From Chara braunii (lineage: Eukaryota > Plantae > Charophyceae): a stretch of 56,727 bases of DNA. The position numbers and the translations under genes were made by a program. A model generated the notes under the pieces. That model was not told the DNA's origin. It worked only from the letters and a program-made list of their open reading frames with translations, and ran no database searches. Positions within the stretch are counted from its first letter, which is position 1. Every line of letters starts with the position of its first letter. Of the stretch, positions 34,126 to 47,609 are shown piece after piece. The stretch covers positions 4,703,248-4,759,974 of the forward strand of contig BFEA01000010.1 of the NCBI GenBank assembly GCA_003427395.1, written 5' to 3'.

Positions 34126-36756
34126 NTTTTTTTTCTGATGTGAAAAGTGTCAAGTGGCTGTTGAGTCTTTTTATAGACCATGAATCTTCATCTATGGCCA
34201 GATTCAGACTCAACAGTTGGCCGTTATATCTCGGATTACAATAACGAAGCCCCCACACTCAAGGGGGCTTCATTTTGCCTCCGTTAGTCTCAATTTTGAG
34301 CCCCCTTTGCTCCGATTTTTTTTTGACAACCTTTTTTTTGTGTTGAGCTCCTTGGGGCTCTATTTTCTTATGCCTACCTAGTTTGAGATATCTCAAACTG
34401 TTGGGCAACCCTTCCATTATCATTATTTTGCTTTCTTTTATCTCACGACTCTCCCACTTGATCCCACTAATGCTTGCACTAGTGGTGCTAATATTTTTCA
34501 CCGTCTAAATCCTGATCTCGATGGTGTCGATTGTTTTGCGTAATTATTCCTCATATCGGCTCATGGTTCCCTTGGGACATCTCAAGTCCCCGCCACTCTC
34601 CCCGTACTTGTTCCATTTCTTTATCTCGTCGGTAGTCCCGCCCCGCCGACGCATGTCCCATTTTTCGACTATTTTTATTTGGGCATTTTAGTCCCCGACA
34701 TCGGATGACGTCCCATTTTTATTTTGGGACCTTTTTGTCCTTGTCAGTTCCAATATCCCCTCCTCAAATGCCCCTTGTATGTCGATTATTCTCGGCCGTG
34801 AGCTCCTCATCTCACGGTTGTCGTTTACCGTCTCTGTTTGCTTCATGCTGAAGTCACTCTTTTCTAACCTTTTGGGTTTGCCATGACTCATTTTTTGCTT
34901 GGCCTAGGCATCCTTATGCAGTCCGTTATTTCTCGGACTGCAATTATGGTCATTTTCTCAGACTCACAGCCCCACAACTTGCCCCAAATTGAAAAAAAAT
35001 AAAGCGCTCAATTTTCAAGTGCATTCGGCTCAATATTGGCTCCGGATGCACTTAAAACATACGTTTTTCCTTCCCCATGCAGTTCGTTGTAACTCGGACT
35101 GCAGTAGGGGTCAATTTTCTAGCCCCATTGCCCCACAACTAGCCTAAAACTGAAGAAAAAATAAATGGTCAACTTTCAAGTGCATCCAGGTTCAATATTG
35201 GCTTCGGATGCACCTAAAACATGTGTTTCTCCTCCCCTATGCAATCCGTTGTATCTCAGTTGCATGGGGCCTTGATTTTTCTTGATTTTCTCTGCAAAAT
35301 CAAGAGAAAATCAAAGTCATTTGCAACCGTCATATTCCAGAATGTATCTAGTCACGGATGTATCTCCCCAAGTGACCATTTTTTATCGTTAAGGTCGTTT
35401 TCTCTTTTCTTTTCTTTTCTTTTTTGTTTTCTTTTCTTTTCCCTCCTTTTTTGGACAGTAGGGACATGCCAGTCCCTACTGATGGCCAACTCACTCACTC
35501 CCTCTCACTACTTTTGTTTTATTCTCCCAACTTTTGCTTTTCGTTTTCTCTCTTTTTCTAGCAGGCCAAGTGTCAAGTGTCTGTTAAGGCCTTTTCTAGG
35601 CCCTTCCTCTTAGTGTTGGCCCTCCCTATGCCCATGGTGCAGTCTGTTATATCTCAGACTGCAACTGTGGTTCCCACATGCTCATGGGAGCCTCCTTTTA
35701 CCTCTATTTTTGTCCGACAGTGTCCCCTCATACTCCGATTTTCTCCCGGAGGCCTATTTCTCATATGGAGTCTCTTTTGACTCCATTTTCTTGAGGGAGG
35801 CTGATCCGAGATTTCTTGGATTGCTCCCATACCTCCTCCTTCTTTTTTCTTTAGTTTTTCTTTTCCCCTTGGTCTTCCTGATTGCTCCCACTAGTGCTTG
35901 CACTAGCAGTGTCATTATTCTTTGCCGGCAAGATCCCGATCTTGACGGTGCATCTTGTTTTAATTATTTTTCCCCCATGCCGCTTCGCAGTTCCTCTTGA
36001 GACCTTCTCATGTCCCCTCCACTTGTCCCGTGCAAGTTTTCGGTACTTGTTCCGCCTGGTGGTCCCGCTAGTATGTGTCCCACTGGCGATCCCGTGAGTG
36101 CTTGTCCCACCGGTGGTCCCATCAATATTTTATCCCGGATACCATTATTTTTACTTAGCCCCACGTGGTCTCTGATACTTTTCCTCATGGTGTCCCAACT
36201 TCTTTTGGCGTCTACCGTCCTATGGTGGCCCCCTTTCTCTGGTTTTTCTCGAGCCTTGCATACGCCGGTCTCTCCGGTCGCAGGGCCTTCAATCCGTGGT
36301 TTCCGTTAATTGTCGTTGGTGGCCGCCACGTTGGGCTTTTATTTTCTAATGTCCCGGTGTCAGAAGACGATGCGGCGCAGCGACAGAAGTTGACTCGTCG
36401 CAGTCAGCCTCCGCGTTGCGTCAAAACTGCGCCTAGGGACGTCCACAGTCATGGTCAAATTGGACCCTAACGCATCGGACAGATTTCCCCTGGGTCGAAA
36501 CCGAGGGAAAGACGGCGCGGCGATACGGTCCTCCGGAGACCTGATCGTCCCCGTTGGACTGGACCGTCGCGACCGCAAGGGGCCAATTAGTGGGGCCCGG
36601 TCCAAACGGCACTCGAAACGGACCAAGGGTTAGTGAGATATTCAAGTTTGACCGGTTGAGACCGGACCGACACCGCCGCTTAACCCCATCAGAAGAGGAA
36701 CAACCCTAAACACTCATATAAATGAACAGCCAGGCCCTAGTAATTAAGATAGGGTC

Positions 36757-37240
36757 ACGTGCTATTTTTGGCACGGGACTGACTGTTCGTTTTCCGAAGT
36801 CGGGCCTGCACCAGCCCCGTGCTAAAATTAGCACAGTCCCACGCTATTTTTAGCGTGGGACTGACTGTTCGTCTACCGGGGACTAGGCCTGTGCCAGTCC
36901 CGTGCTAAAATTAGCACAGTCCCATGCTATTTTTAGCGTGGGACTGACTGTTCGTCTACCGGGGACTCGGCCTGCGCCAGTCCCATGCTAAAATTAGCAC
37001 AGCCCCACGCTATTTTTAGCGTGGGATTGACTGTTCGTCCACCGGGGATTGGGCCTGCGTCAGTCCCGTGCTAAAATTAGCACAGTCCCACGCTATTTTT
37101 AGCCTGGGATTGACTGTTCGTCTTCCGGGGACTGGGCCTGCGCCAGTCCCGTGCTAAAATTAGCACAGTCCCACGCTATTTTTAGCGTGGGACTGACCGT
37201 TCATATCCCAAGGTCGGGACTGCTGCTATTTTTAGCTCAG
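36757..37240. repeat. 83-bp tandem array made of hairpins
   Basis: GCTAAAATTAG at 36821, 36904, 36987...; perfect stem CAGTCCCACGCTA-tttt-TAGCGTGGGACTG. Confidence 0.93.
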
Positions 37241-37889
37241 GCCCGGTCTAAAGTTTGACCACAACCCCGACCATGGGAGTGCAGCACTCAGCCCCGATCG
37301 CTTGGCCTCTCCATTATAAAAAAGAGGCCACGTCATCCAACAGGACATATCAGATCAGGCAGACCGAGAGGACGCTCACTTGCGGAATGCAGCAATGCTG
37401 GCAGAACAGCAAGTGCGTGAGAGAGCCCTCACTTGCGGGAACGCTGCAGCATTGGCAGAACGGCAAGGAGCGGAAGGCATGAGCCAAAGAGCAGCGACGT
37501 GCCAGCAGGAGCATGAGGGGAGCTCGGAGCAGTAGGCAAGAGAGTCACGCAGGAGGCAAGCAAGGGAAGAGGTAAGGAAAGAGAGGGGCAAGACTGGCTG
37601 GGAAAGGGGTCTGGAGTTCACCTTGTCGCCTGTCCCACACGGCCGTTCTCCTTTCTGCCCCTCACTTTCCCTTTCTCTTCCCTTTTCTTCTCCTCCCTTC
37701 TCTCCTCTTCTCCCCTCTTCTCGTCTCTCTCTCTCCCTCTCTCCTTTCCAACTGCAATTCCTTTTCACTCACCTTCCATGGGTTGTGTGCACGCCGTATC
37801 TGATCCGTGCGCACCATGCCTGAGCACTGTATCTGATGATTGGCCATAAACTGTGTGCTCACGCGCTTTAACTGAGGGTTGACTCTGAG

Positions 37890-38500
37890 CCGTGCGCCGA
37901 CGCGCGCTGTACCTGATGTTTGGCCACGGACCGTGCGCCCATGCGCGCCGTATCTGTGGGCTGATCTTGGACTGTGCGCCCATGTGCGCCGTATCTGTGG
38001 GCTGATCTTGGACCGTGCGCCCATGCGCNNNNNNNNNNNNNNNNNNNNNNNNNNNNNNNNNNNNNNNNNNNNNNNNNNNNNNNNNNNNNNNNNNNNNNNN
38101 NNNNNNNNNNNNNNNNNNNNNNNNNNNNNNNNNNNNNNNNNNNNNNNNNNNNNNNNNNNNNNNNNNNNNNNNNNNNNNNNNNNNNNNNNNNNNNNNNNNN
38201 NNNNNNNNNNNNNNNNNNNNNNNNNNNNNNNNNNNNNNNNNNNNNNNNNNNNNNNNNNNNNNNNNNNNNNNNNNNNNNNNNNNNNNNNNNNNNNNNNNNN
38301 NNNCTGATCTTGGACTGTGCGCCCATGCGCGTCGTATCTGAGGGCTGATCTTGGACTGTGCGCCTATGCGCGTCGTATCTGTGGGCTGATCTTGGACTGT
38401 GCGCCCATGCACGCCGTATCAATGGGCTGATCTTGGACTGTGCGCCCACTCGCACCGTATCTATGGGCTGATCTGGGACTGTGCGCCCACGCACACTGTA
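37890..38500. repeat. 41-bp CpG-rich tandem array (spans gap)
   Basis: GCGCCCATGCGCGCCGTATCTGTGGGCTGATCTTGGACTGT. Confidence 0.9.
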
Positions 38501-39119
38501 TTTAAGGGCTAATTTAAGAACCTTGCCACGACGAGTCTGAACCAGTGTGCCAACGGGCACTCAATATGTGTACTCTGCCTTGATGATTTCTGAGCCAGCA
38601 CGCCGGTGCGCACTCAATCTGTGAACCGTGCTGTTGATTTTCGGAGCCATGCGCACATCACTTTGTGATCTGTGTGCACAGCGAGCAGCAGCATCTCAGC
38701 TCTAAGTGAAGGCTGAAAGGTACACTTAGCTGTCTGACACAGTTATTCTATTTTATGTGACCAGCAATTACCTGGCTGGTCACACACGCAGCAGGGAGCA
38801 GTATCTCAGTCCTAAGTGAAGACTGAGTGGTGCACTTAACTGCTGAGTAGAACACATACTATTTTGTTTATGTGACCAGCTATTTGCTTGGCCGGTCACA
38901 CGAGCTTTGTGCGGCGATTCTCTGGCCCCAAGTGAAGGCTAAGTGGAGCCCTCAAATGCTAGTCACAGCAAAAGCTATTTTATTCATTTTATTATGTGAC
39001 CAACATCGGCTCTAAGTAAGGGCTAAGTGGTGCCGTCAGATACCGGGCACAGTGAGAGTTATTTTGAGATTACACACGCTGAGGGCTGTGATGTTGGGGG
39101 TTGTGATGTTGGACTGTTG

Positions 39120-39330
39120 GTAACGCTGGACTGCAGTAAACCGTGAGGTAATGCTGGACTGCAGTAAACCGTGCGGTAATGCTGGACTGCAGTAAACTGT
39201 GGACTGTGTTCAGCGTTCCCACTCAATGCGGTACTGCTGGACTATAGTAAACAGTGGACTGTGATGCGGTAGACCGTGGACTGTGTTTGGTAGATGCTGG
39301 ATTGCGGTAACGCCGTACTGTGGATTGTCT
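39120..39330. repeat. 28-bp tandem array, degenerating
   Basis: CTGGACTGCAGTAAAC at 39126, 39154 and 39182. Confidence 0.8.
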
Positions 39331-39439
39331 GGCCGGACTATGCTCATGCTCGGAACGGTAATAATAGTCAGTCTCCGCTTGAACTTAGCAATGCTGGGCA
39401 GCACTCTTTTTCTCTTGGGATATTGCTATTAAACGCGCA

Positions 39440-40470
39440 CGCAAGCTTGTTATTATTTAAGTGTACGTCGGTGCGCGCCCAGACCAGATATTGTTATTTA
39501 AGTGCGCGCCCATGAGCGTCCAGACCAGATATTGTCATTTAAGTGCACGCCCACGCGCGCCCAGACCAGATATCGCTATTTGAGTGCGCTCCCGTGCGCG
39601 CCCGTGCTCGATATTGCGCGCCCAAGCTTGGCATTGCTGTTAGAGTGCGCGCCCATGCGGGCCCGAGCTTGGCATTGCTGTTAGAGTGTGCGCCCATGCG
39701 CGCCCGAGCTTGGCATCGCTGTTAGAGTGCGCGCCCATGCACGCCCGAGCTTGGCATTGTTGTTAGAGTGCNNNNNNNNNNNNNNNNNNNNNNNNNNNNN
39801 NNNNNNNNNNNNNNNNNNNNNNNNNNNNNNNNNNNNNNNNNNNNNNNNNNNNNNNNNNNNNNNNNNNNNNNNNNNNNNNNNNNNNNNNNNNNNNNNNNNN
39901 NNNNNNNNNNNNNNNNNNNNNNNNNNNNNNNNNNNNNNNNNNNNNNNNNNNNNNNNNNNNNNNNNNNNNNNNNNNNNNNNNNNNNNNNNNNNNNNNNNNN
40001 NNNNNNNNNNNNNNNNNNNNNNNNNNNNNNNNNNNNNNNNNNNNNNNNNNNNNNNNNNNNNNNNNNNNNNNNNNNNNNNNNNNNNNNNNNNNNNNNNNNN
40101 NNNNNNNNNNNNNNNNNNNNNNNNNNNGAGTGCGCGCCCATGCGCGCCCGAGCTTGGCATTGCTGTTAGAGTGCGCGCCCATGCGCGCCCGAGCTTGGCA
40201 TTGCTGTTAGAGTGCGCGCCCAAGCTTGGCATTGCTGTTAGAGTGCGCGCCCACGCGCGCCCAAGCTTAACATCACAGTTTGAGTATGCACCCGTGAGCG
40301 CCCAAACTGGATACTGTTATTTGACTGTGCGCCCATGTGTGCTTGCGCTGGATATTGTTATTTAAGTGCACGCCCGTGCGCACCCAAGCCTGGAACTGTT
40401 ATTAGAGTGTGCGCCCATGTGTGCCCAGGCTGGATATTGTCATTTGAGTGCGCGCCCACGCGCGCCCGAA
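39440..40470. repeat. 41-bp CpG-rich tandem array (spans gap)
   Basis: GCGCCCATGCGCGCCCGAGCTTGGCATTGCTGTTAGAGTGC. Confidence 0.9.
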
Positions 40471-40687
40471 CCTAGGATTGCTATGATGATGATGTAGATG
40501 GGATGATTTGCCTTTATGCACCCGTCGATTTACTTCCTTGCTGATCAGTACCACCTCATGCACATGATGCCTTCCTACACGGGGAGCATTTGCAGTTCAG
40601 CCCTTGCACAAACGACTTGACTCTGTCCAGCCCCAGTACTTTCAGCAGTTACGACTGGTCCCTGTGCATGAGATGTTTTGCTGATCA

Positions 40688-41035
40688 GTTGCTGTTCAGC
40701 CGGGCCCCTTCAGGCGGGCCTACTTGAGATTGTTGTTGTTCAGCCGGGCCCCTTCAGGCGGGCCTACTTGAGATTGTTGCTGTTCAGCCGGCCCCCTTCA
40801 GGCGGGCCTACTTGAGTTTGTTGCTGCTCAGTCGGGCCCCTTCAAGCGGGCCCACTTGAGATTGTTGTTGATCAGCCGGGCCCCTTTAGGCGGGCCCATT
40901 CCTTGAGATTAATGCAGTTCAGTCAGACCCCCTTCAGGCGGGCCCATCTCTCGAGATCGTTGCTGTTTTAGCCGGGCCCCTTCAGACGGGCCCCTTCAGA
41001 CGGGCCCATCCCTTGAGGTTGTTTGTTTAGCCGAT
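40688..41035. repeat. ~44-bp tandem array
   Basis: CAGCCGGGCCCCTTCAGGCGGGCCTACTTGAGATTGTTGCTGTT at 40697, 40741... Confidence 0.9.
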
Positions 41036-41258
41036 CTCACTCGGGCAGGCACCTACATTGAGTTGCTGACTACCATCCAGCCAGGTCTTGGAGGGAGCAT
41101 TCACACTAGTGAGAGTGCGCCTTTTGTCCAAGCTGGCCCATCATCGTGAGACTGCCCCTACGTGAGGTAGACTGGTTGAGAGGTTCTGCTACAGACATGT
41201 GGGACATTAGAGTTTTGTTATCAGGGTCAGTGAGTCCCCAACTTCCAGACACACACTG

Positions 41259-42257
41259 GTGATTACCTATTCGGTAAAGGGAGCAGAGAAGGGGGTGAAG
41301 GGCACCACATATGACAGGATTGCTGACTACATATTTCGCAAGGAGAGCTATTGGAGGGATAATTGGCTACATGTGGTGTTTCCTCGCGTACCTTCAACAC
41401 CTGGGGGTGTACTCTTCGACTTTGATGGGTGTAACCCCAAGCCCCTCAGTGAGTCTCGCAGCAAGGAGAAGAGGCGGAAGGACAACCGGATTAGGAGGGA
41501 GATAGCCAGATCCGGGGTCCCGATCACTACATGCGTACAGAGATCTGAGACGGACGAGTCCGACCAGGAGCCCTGCTGCGTGAGCGACGTTGATCTTGGC
41601 GACTACTTCGACTGGGACACTCACAGGGACTGATTCTGTGGACAGTAGCAGGAGCATTGAAGACCGGTGAGCGTAGACGACGGAGAGCGACATTGAGGAG
41701 GATTGCATATCTTCTTGCACGATATCTGCTCGAGGGCGACTGATTTCTACATGTCATACGACCCTAGGACCGACGGGGTTATTGGTCCCCCAAGAGGGGA
41801 AGGTCCGGTCCCATATCTTGGAGATGGCTATAGTTATTTGGTCGGGGCTGACTTTGCTATGCAGGCTTTTCAGAAGCCTCTTTACGGAGATCGTTTCCTC
41901 GAGGTTTCTTACATTTACGCTGATAGGAGAGGACGGATTGAGATATTGATTGGAGCTACAGGCAATATCACACTCGCAGAGGAGCTTTATCTCAGGAGCG
42001 TTGTAGACGAGGAGATGGCGAGATGCATGGCCTATATCTGCAAGATTGATCCAGCAGCGCCTCTTGATATCAGCTATGTGCTTCCAGAGTCGATAGCCAC
42101 ACGGGTTCTCAATGACGAGGGGGACCAGCGGGTACCAGATATGGAGTACAAGACAGCAGCACTTACTCACAAGGGGGTACCACTTATCATCATTGATTGG
42201 GGTTCTTTCTTTTTAGTCACTATGATGTATCACGACATTATTATTATTTATTGGTGA
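41259..42257 (+). pseudogene. Protein-like ORFs of unknown function inside element C
   Basis: 124-aa and 184-aa ORFs in the same frame with globular-like composition; no recognised motif. Confidence 0.45.
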
Positions 42258-43087
42258 CTGCAGCCCTCCGATGGCTGCTCCCTACATACATTGTGTACTA
42301 CTCTTCAGTCTCGTATCTCTGGTCATGCTCTTGCAGAGTCTGGTTTCTGGTCTTCTCATTCTGTCAATGTCAACTGCTCTATGATGTATGTATGTTATTT
42401 TCCTCCTTATGATATACAGGTTACACTCAAGGCAGCTTGAAGGACTCCTGGATGATAGGGACTCTGGTGACCTTGAATCTAACCTTTATATGGGGTCTGG
42501 TGCAGGCGATAAACCCGAACGCCTCACTCTAAGCCGTGTCGCCGCTGGCAGGAGAGATAACCCTGACTACTCGGCTGTATGACTAAGTGTGACAAAGACT
42601 GCCTCTGAATACACCTTTATTCTATACCTATCAAAATCCTGCGTGACAGTCTGTCAGTCCACCAACCCACTAAGCTCGGTCCGGGGAAGAACATCTAACC
42701 ACACCCTTGAAGCAGTGGGGGCGCGACACCGCGACCACCAGGGCTGTCCACCTTTCGGTTTCACTATTTTCTTGTCATCTACCACGCCCCACTTGCTCAG
42801 TTCATGGCCCCTCGGAACCTTGCCATGCCGAATTCGAATGGCCCTCCCGACCCCATGCTATCCCCCTATGCGCCCACGCTCTGTCACTCACTTGCTTGTC
42901 ATTGTCAGGTCCTTCATTCTGCGGTACTTAGCCCAGGGCATCATCCCTCCCGGCGGTCCCGTCCTAGTCCTTTGTTTTTTCTCTCTCTCTTGTCTCCTTT
43001 CTCCGGATTTCTCTGTCGTGCACAACTTGGCTATATACCGACTCTCAAGTGCCGGAACGTTATTCGGGATCCACAGGTCCCGACACA

Positions 43088-43099
43088 TTCCCCCCACTC
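43088..43099 (-). promoter_or_regulatory. Polypurine tract of copy B
   Basis: Minus strand reads GAGTGGGGGGAA-TG-TGTCGGGACC. Confidence 0.88.
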
Positions 43100-46000
43100 A
43101 TTCGCGATGTCCTCATCTCGCACCAGTCTTCTGTCAGTATGGGGGGTCTAGAAGGATAGACGGGAGAGAGGGGTGGGATGTAATAGGTAGTTAGTTTGTC
43201 AGGGTCCTTTTTGTCTTCTCTTGTTCCTTTCCTAGGGTCTTTTCTAGTTTCCGGTCCTTGGGGCGGAGAGGGGTGCTTGGGGGGTCAAGTTCTCTTTTAG
43301 GCGCTTGTTCTAGCTTCTTTCGTCCCATTCATCACCCTTAGTACATCAAGCCTTTCGTCTCATTCATCACCTTTCATATATCAAATTTTCCGTCTCATTC
43401 ATCACCCTTAATACATCAAACTTTCCGTCTTATTCATCACCCTTAGTACATCAAACCTTTCGTCTCATTCATCACCCTTAGTACATCGAACCTTTCGTCT
43501 CATTCATCACCTTTGGTACATCAAAATNNNNNNNNNNNNNNNNNNNNNNNNNNNNNNNNNNNNNNNNNNNNNNNNNNNNNNNNNNNNNNNNNNNNNNNNN
43601 NNNNNNNNNNNNNNNNNNNNNNNNNNNNNNNNNNNNNNNNNNNNNNNNNNNNNNNNNNNNNNNNNNNNNNNNNNNNNNNNNNNNNNNNNNNNNNNNNNNN
43701 NNNNNNNNNNNNNNNNNNNNNNNNNNNNNNNNNNNNNNNNNNNNNNNNNNNNNNNNNNNNNNNNNNNNNNNNNNNNNNNNNNNNNNNNNNNNNNNNNNNN
43801 NNNNNNNNNNNNNNNNNNNNNNNNNNNNNNNNNNNNNNNNNNNNNNNNNNNNNNNNNNNNNNNNNNNNNNNNNNNNNNNNNNNNNNNNNNNNNNNNNNNN
43901 NNNNNNNNNNNNNNNNNNNNNNNNNNNNNNNNNNNNNNNNNNNNNNNNNNNNNNNNNNNNNNNNNNNNNNNNNNNNNNNNNNNNNNNNNNNNNNNNNNNN
44001 NNNNNNNNNNNNNNNNNNNNNNNNNNNNNNNNNNNNNNNNNNNNNNNNNNNNNNNNNNNNNNNNNNNNNNNNNNNNNNNNNNNNNNNNNNNNNNNNNNNN
44101 NNNNNNNNNNNNNNNNNNNNNNNNNNNNNNNNNNNNNNNNNNNNNNNNNNNNNNNNNNNNNNTCAGGCCTTTCTCAAGCCCAAGCACCATCAATTTTACA
44201 TGCATCTTTCTCTAGACATCTTGCCAGGCCTTTCTCAAGCCCAAGCTCAATCAATTTCACATGCATCTTTTTCTGGACGTCTTGCCAGACCTTTCTCAAG
44301 CCCAAGCTTAATCAATTTCTCATGTAAATTTTCTTCAACCCATAGCAACCTTATCCATTTGACTGCTGTTCTTCTAATTGCACACATTTTCATCGGTAGA
44401 TGGCATGCCTTCCCCCCACTCAAAATGTGATGTCCCCATCGCACGACTAGTTCTCACTCGGAGATACGGAACCTTGACGCACCAACTGAGTTAAGAACGC
44501 CGACCCATCTGCTCCTAGAAGGAAGGGTGATCAGTCCCTCCTCGGTAGGGAACACCTCATCCTTCTACTTAGTCCGGCATTTTGCTATAACGAGACGGGT
44601 GTCATTGCTGAGGTACCACCTCACTTCTGGCAGGTAGGTCCAGTCCAAGCCTCCCAGGAACTCGTCTTGCCGTAAAAGCATCCCTCGCGAATCGTTCCTC
44701 CCGAGTGGTATTTTCTTGGATCCGGCCTCTTCCTTTCAAGAGAGTTGGGGCTCTCTATTAGTCTATGAATGCAGTTACGAAGACCTGTTAGTCCCGGAAT
44801 GGTTGTAATGATCCGGCAGGGCGGTGTCAATGCCCTGTGGTGGGTGCGGACTCCACCCGGTACATCGCCTGACCCCTCCCTTTGGACAGTGATGCTCAAC
44901 TTAACGCGAGCGACCTTGGTCTATCCCAAGCGGTCACGCTGCCCCTCTACGGTATGGCGTGTGGTTGGGGAGAGCAAATGAGACTAGCAAAAGAATGATA
45001 CTTCACCCTTTTGGTTCCTCACCCTTTGACGTTTAGATTCCCAACATGAGGCGCAGTCTGAACTCCTCGACCAGAGCTCGTTGTCGGAGTTAGTTCTCGA
45101 CGACGAGCACCAATCAAAGAGAGAGATGTCTTGGTCATTTAACCTTATCCTTCTTCATGAGGAACACGTAGCGCTGAGACTCTCCCTTGGAGAGTAGAGG
45201 TCCTGGGGTCGTGGTGCAAGCACCGGTATCCCCCTCTTGCTAAGGCCTCAGACTAGATAAAAAAAAGGAAATGTCATTCCAGTGCTATTTCCATGTCTTT
45301 TCCAATCCGCCTAGGCCCCCCTGATATGCAATGCAATTTCCAATTCTCAAGCAATTCCGCAATGCAAACTCCAGATCTTCAAGCTCAACCTTTCTCAAGC
45401 AATCATGCAAGAGGACCCTTATAACTATTTCCAAATGACCCTTATCAGGGGTCATTTTGCCATTTCCGGTTGAACAACCTTGTCAGGGTCATTCTTTTCC
45501 ATGTCACCGAACGACCTTGTCAGGGTCGTTCTTATCTATTTCAGTCGAGCGACCTTGTCAGGATCGTTCTTTTCCATTTCAATGTTAGCGTCTGAGGGGG
45601 TGGGCCTCGAGGACACGGATCCCATCTTTGTCTTGGGGTTAGAAGATCACCATCTTTTACAGTTTTCTGCGTACGATATCTTTCATCCTCTCTCAATACA
45701 ATTTGTTGTTTCTAATAACCTTCTGCATACATCCGACTTAGCGTCTAGTGCTCGAGTTGAGGCTTGCAACCTGCACTAGCCCCCCGGCCGTTCAACTATG
45801 GTGAAGGATAGGGGCACCCTTTCTATTTTCACTCTTTCTTACCTCTCAGGCTTCTTGCTATTTTCAGACTCATTCAATGACATTCATGACTTAGTTGGAT
45901 TAGGCTCCTAGGGAAGAGGGGTTCTCCCCCCTCTTTACCCATAGGTCCCCTAACCTCTCTTGTACTTGACCGACACTCAATGCCTTGCTTCACTCGTCAA

Positions 46001-46239
46001 TCCAAATTCATAGTTTTTTTTCAAAGGTGCAATCCTTGTCTCGTCCAGGCTCACAATACATCCATTCCAACCAATCTTGTCCTCATCTCCTTCGTCATTG
46101 TTTCGCACGGGGTTTTCCTAAGGTAGCCTATTCAGGAAGTAACTCAAATACTGTTTTCTAGTTCATCGAGGCATAGTTTTGGCTAGTCCTTGTCCCGCTC
46201 ATTTCTAGCAAACTCATTCATATTCAAATTTTGTCATTA

Positions 46240-47210
46240 CAATATTGCAAAACACAACTTCTGTCCAAATGCGCGTAGCACCTAGTCTCTTTCGTTATCA
46301 TATGTCCTATACCGCTTGGCCCCCCGTTCATCCTTCCTTTCTGTTGACCCCTTGGCTCCCAGGCCGGAGGCTAGGATTTCCCATTTCTTTTCGCAATTTC
46401 TTGCAACTCCTTCTCATTATAAAAGTCCAGGGGTGTAGCTGCCACTCCGGCCTCCATCAGTTCTCTGGCCTTGATGATGCAGTCATGTTTGATCACGCTA
46501 ACCCATTGCTCAAACCAATGACTATGTGTTGGTCTAAATTCATCTTCCCATCTGAAGGATCCTTCTTGTAGCCTACTTGTGGAGGGCCGCCCTTCTTCTC
46601 CAGGCCTCGAGATCTTATCAGTTTCATCACCACTACTAACCTCAATGACCTCCTGCACTTTTTCATCCTCGTCCTCATCCTCTTCCCCTTGCGCGGGGCT
46701 GAACTCATCCGTAAAGTTTTCAGGATTCAAGTTATAGGGGATATCCGCCCTCCTTTCGTATTCCTCCCCAAAGTCCGTGTATCCCCTCTAATCACTGTCA
46801 TGGCCACTTCGTTCGTCATGCCGGCTCTCTCTTTCGTCTTCCCCTTTTTGGCAACCGTTATTCATACCTTGCCTTCCTTCGTTCTCCCCGCACCGTTGCT
46901 CATGCGGTTTACAACCCTCGGCCCCCTCCCTGGCGAGGCTCTGACCCCTTTCTCTTCCCCATACATCCCTCTCTTCCACGCTCATTCTTTCTTCCTCGCT
47001 CTCACTCCGTGTTGAGATATATATCCCTTCCCCTTTTTTGATAGGCGAGGGTCCATACAAGTTTTCTCGCTCCTTTGCCCAGTACTTGTGTGGACAGATA
47101 CCCTATATACAACTCCCCTTTTTAGTTCTCTGATCCCCACGTGGTCTCGTTCCTTCTCTCTCGTTGGGCCTGTTGATCCAATTGCTGTCATTTTCGTTGT
47201 CGGATTCCAT
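46240..47210 (-). pseudogene. ORF Y of copy B (frameshifted)
   Basis: MESDNENDSN...EKVQEVIEVSSGDE..WEDEFRPTHSHWFEQWVSVIKHDCIIKARELMEAGVAATPLDFY; 3' end approximate. Confidence 0.75.
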
Positions 47211-47609
47211 TTTCACCTCTAAGATTTCTTCCCTGATCCTGTTATATATAACAAAACAACACCCTTCGAGCCCCTCATACACACACTCTCTCAGTTTGGT
47301 AGACGATACTTCCCAAGACTGCTCCCCGTACCCCTCATACAAAAACATATTACACATCGCCTTCCCATACAGATGCTACAGTTGCAATGACCCCATTATT
47401 TCTCACAAAAACTATGGTACAATGCTTCAGGCATCCTTTCCCGACACCATCCACCTCTTACACACACAAAAAAAACATGGCACAAAGGTTCCACGACATC
47501 CCACGCCCATTGTCAATCAGCCCAAACCGTTACCCCCTCCCTCAAAAAAGAAAGCCCCACAAACGTAGTCAGAGATAAACCGTAGTATAGGCAAGGTTGC
47601 CTCCAACTC

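Larger units (their letters stand above)
36358..42648. mobile_element. Element C: ~6.3-kb insert in B LTR, probable solo LTR of a different giant family
   Basis: Termini TGTCAGAAG...GCGTGACA; absent from the A LTR; rich in tandem arrays; no clear TSD. Confidence 0.55.

Noticed and set aside
36353-42653. Target-site duplication for element C
   Set aside because: Flanks CCCGG and GTCTG do not match, so C's boundaries remain tentative.
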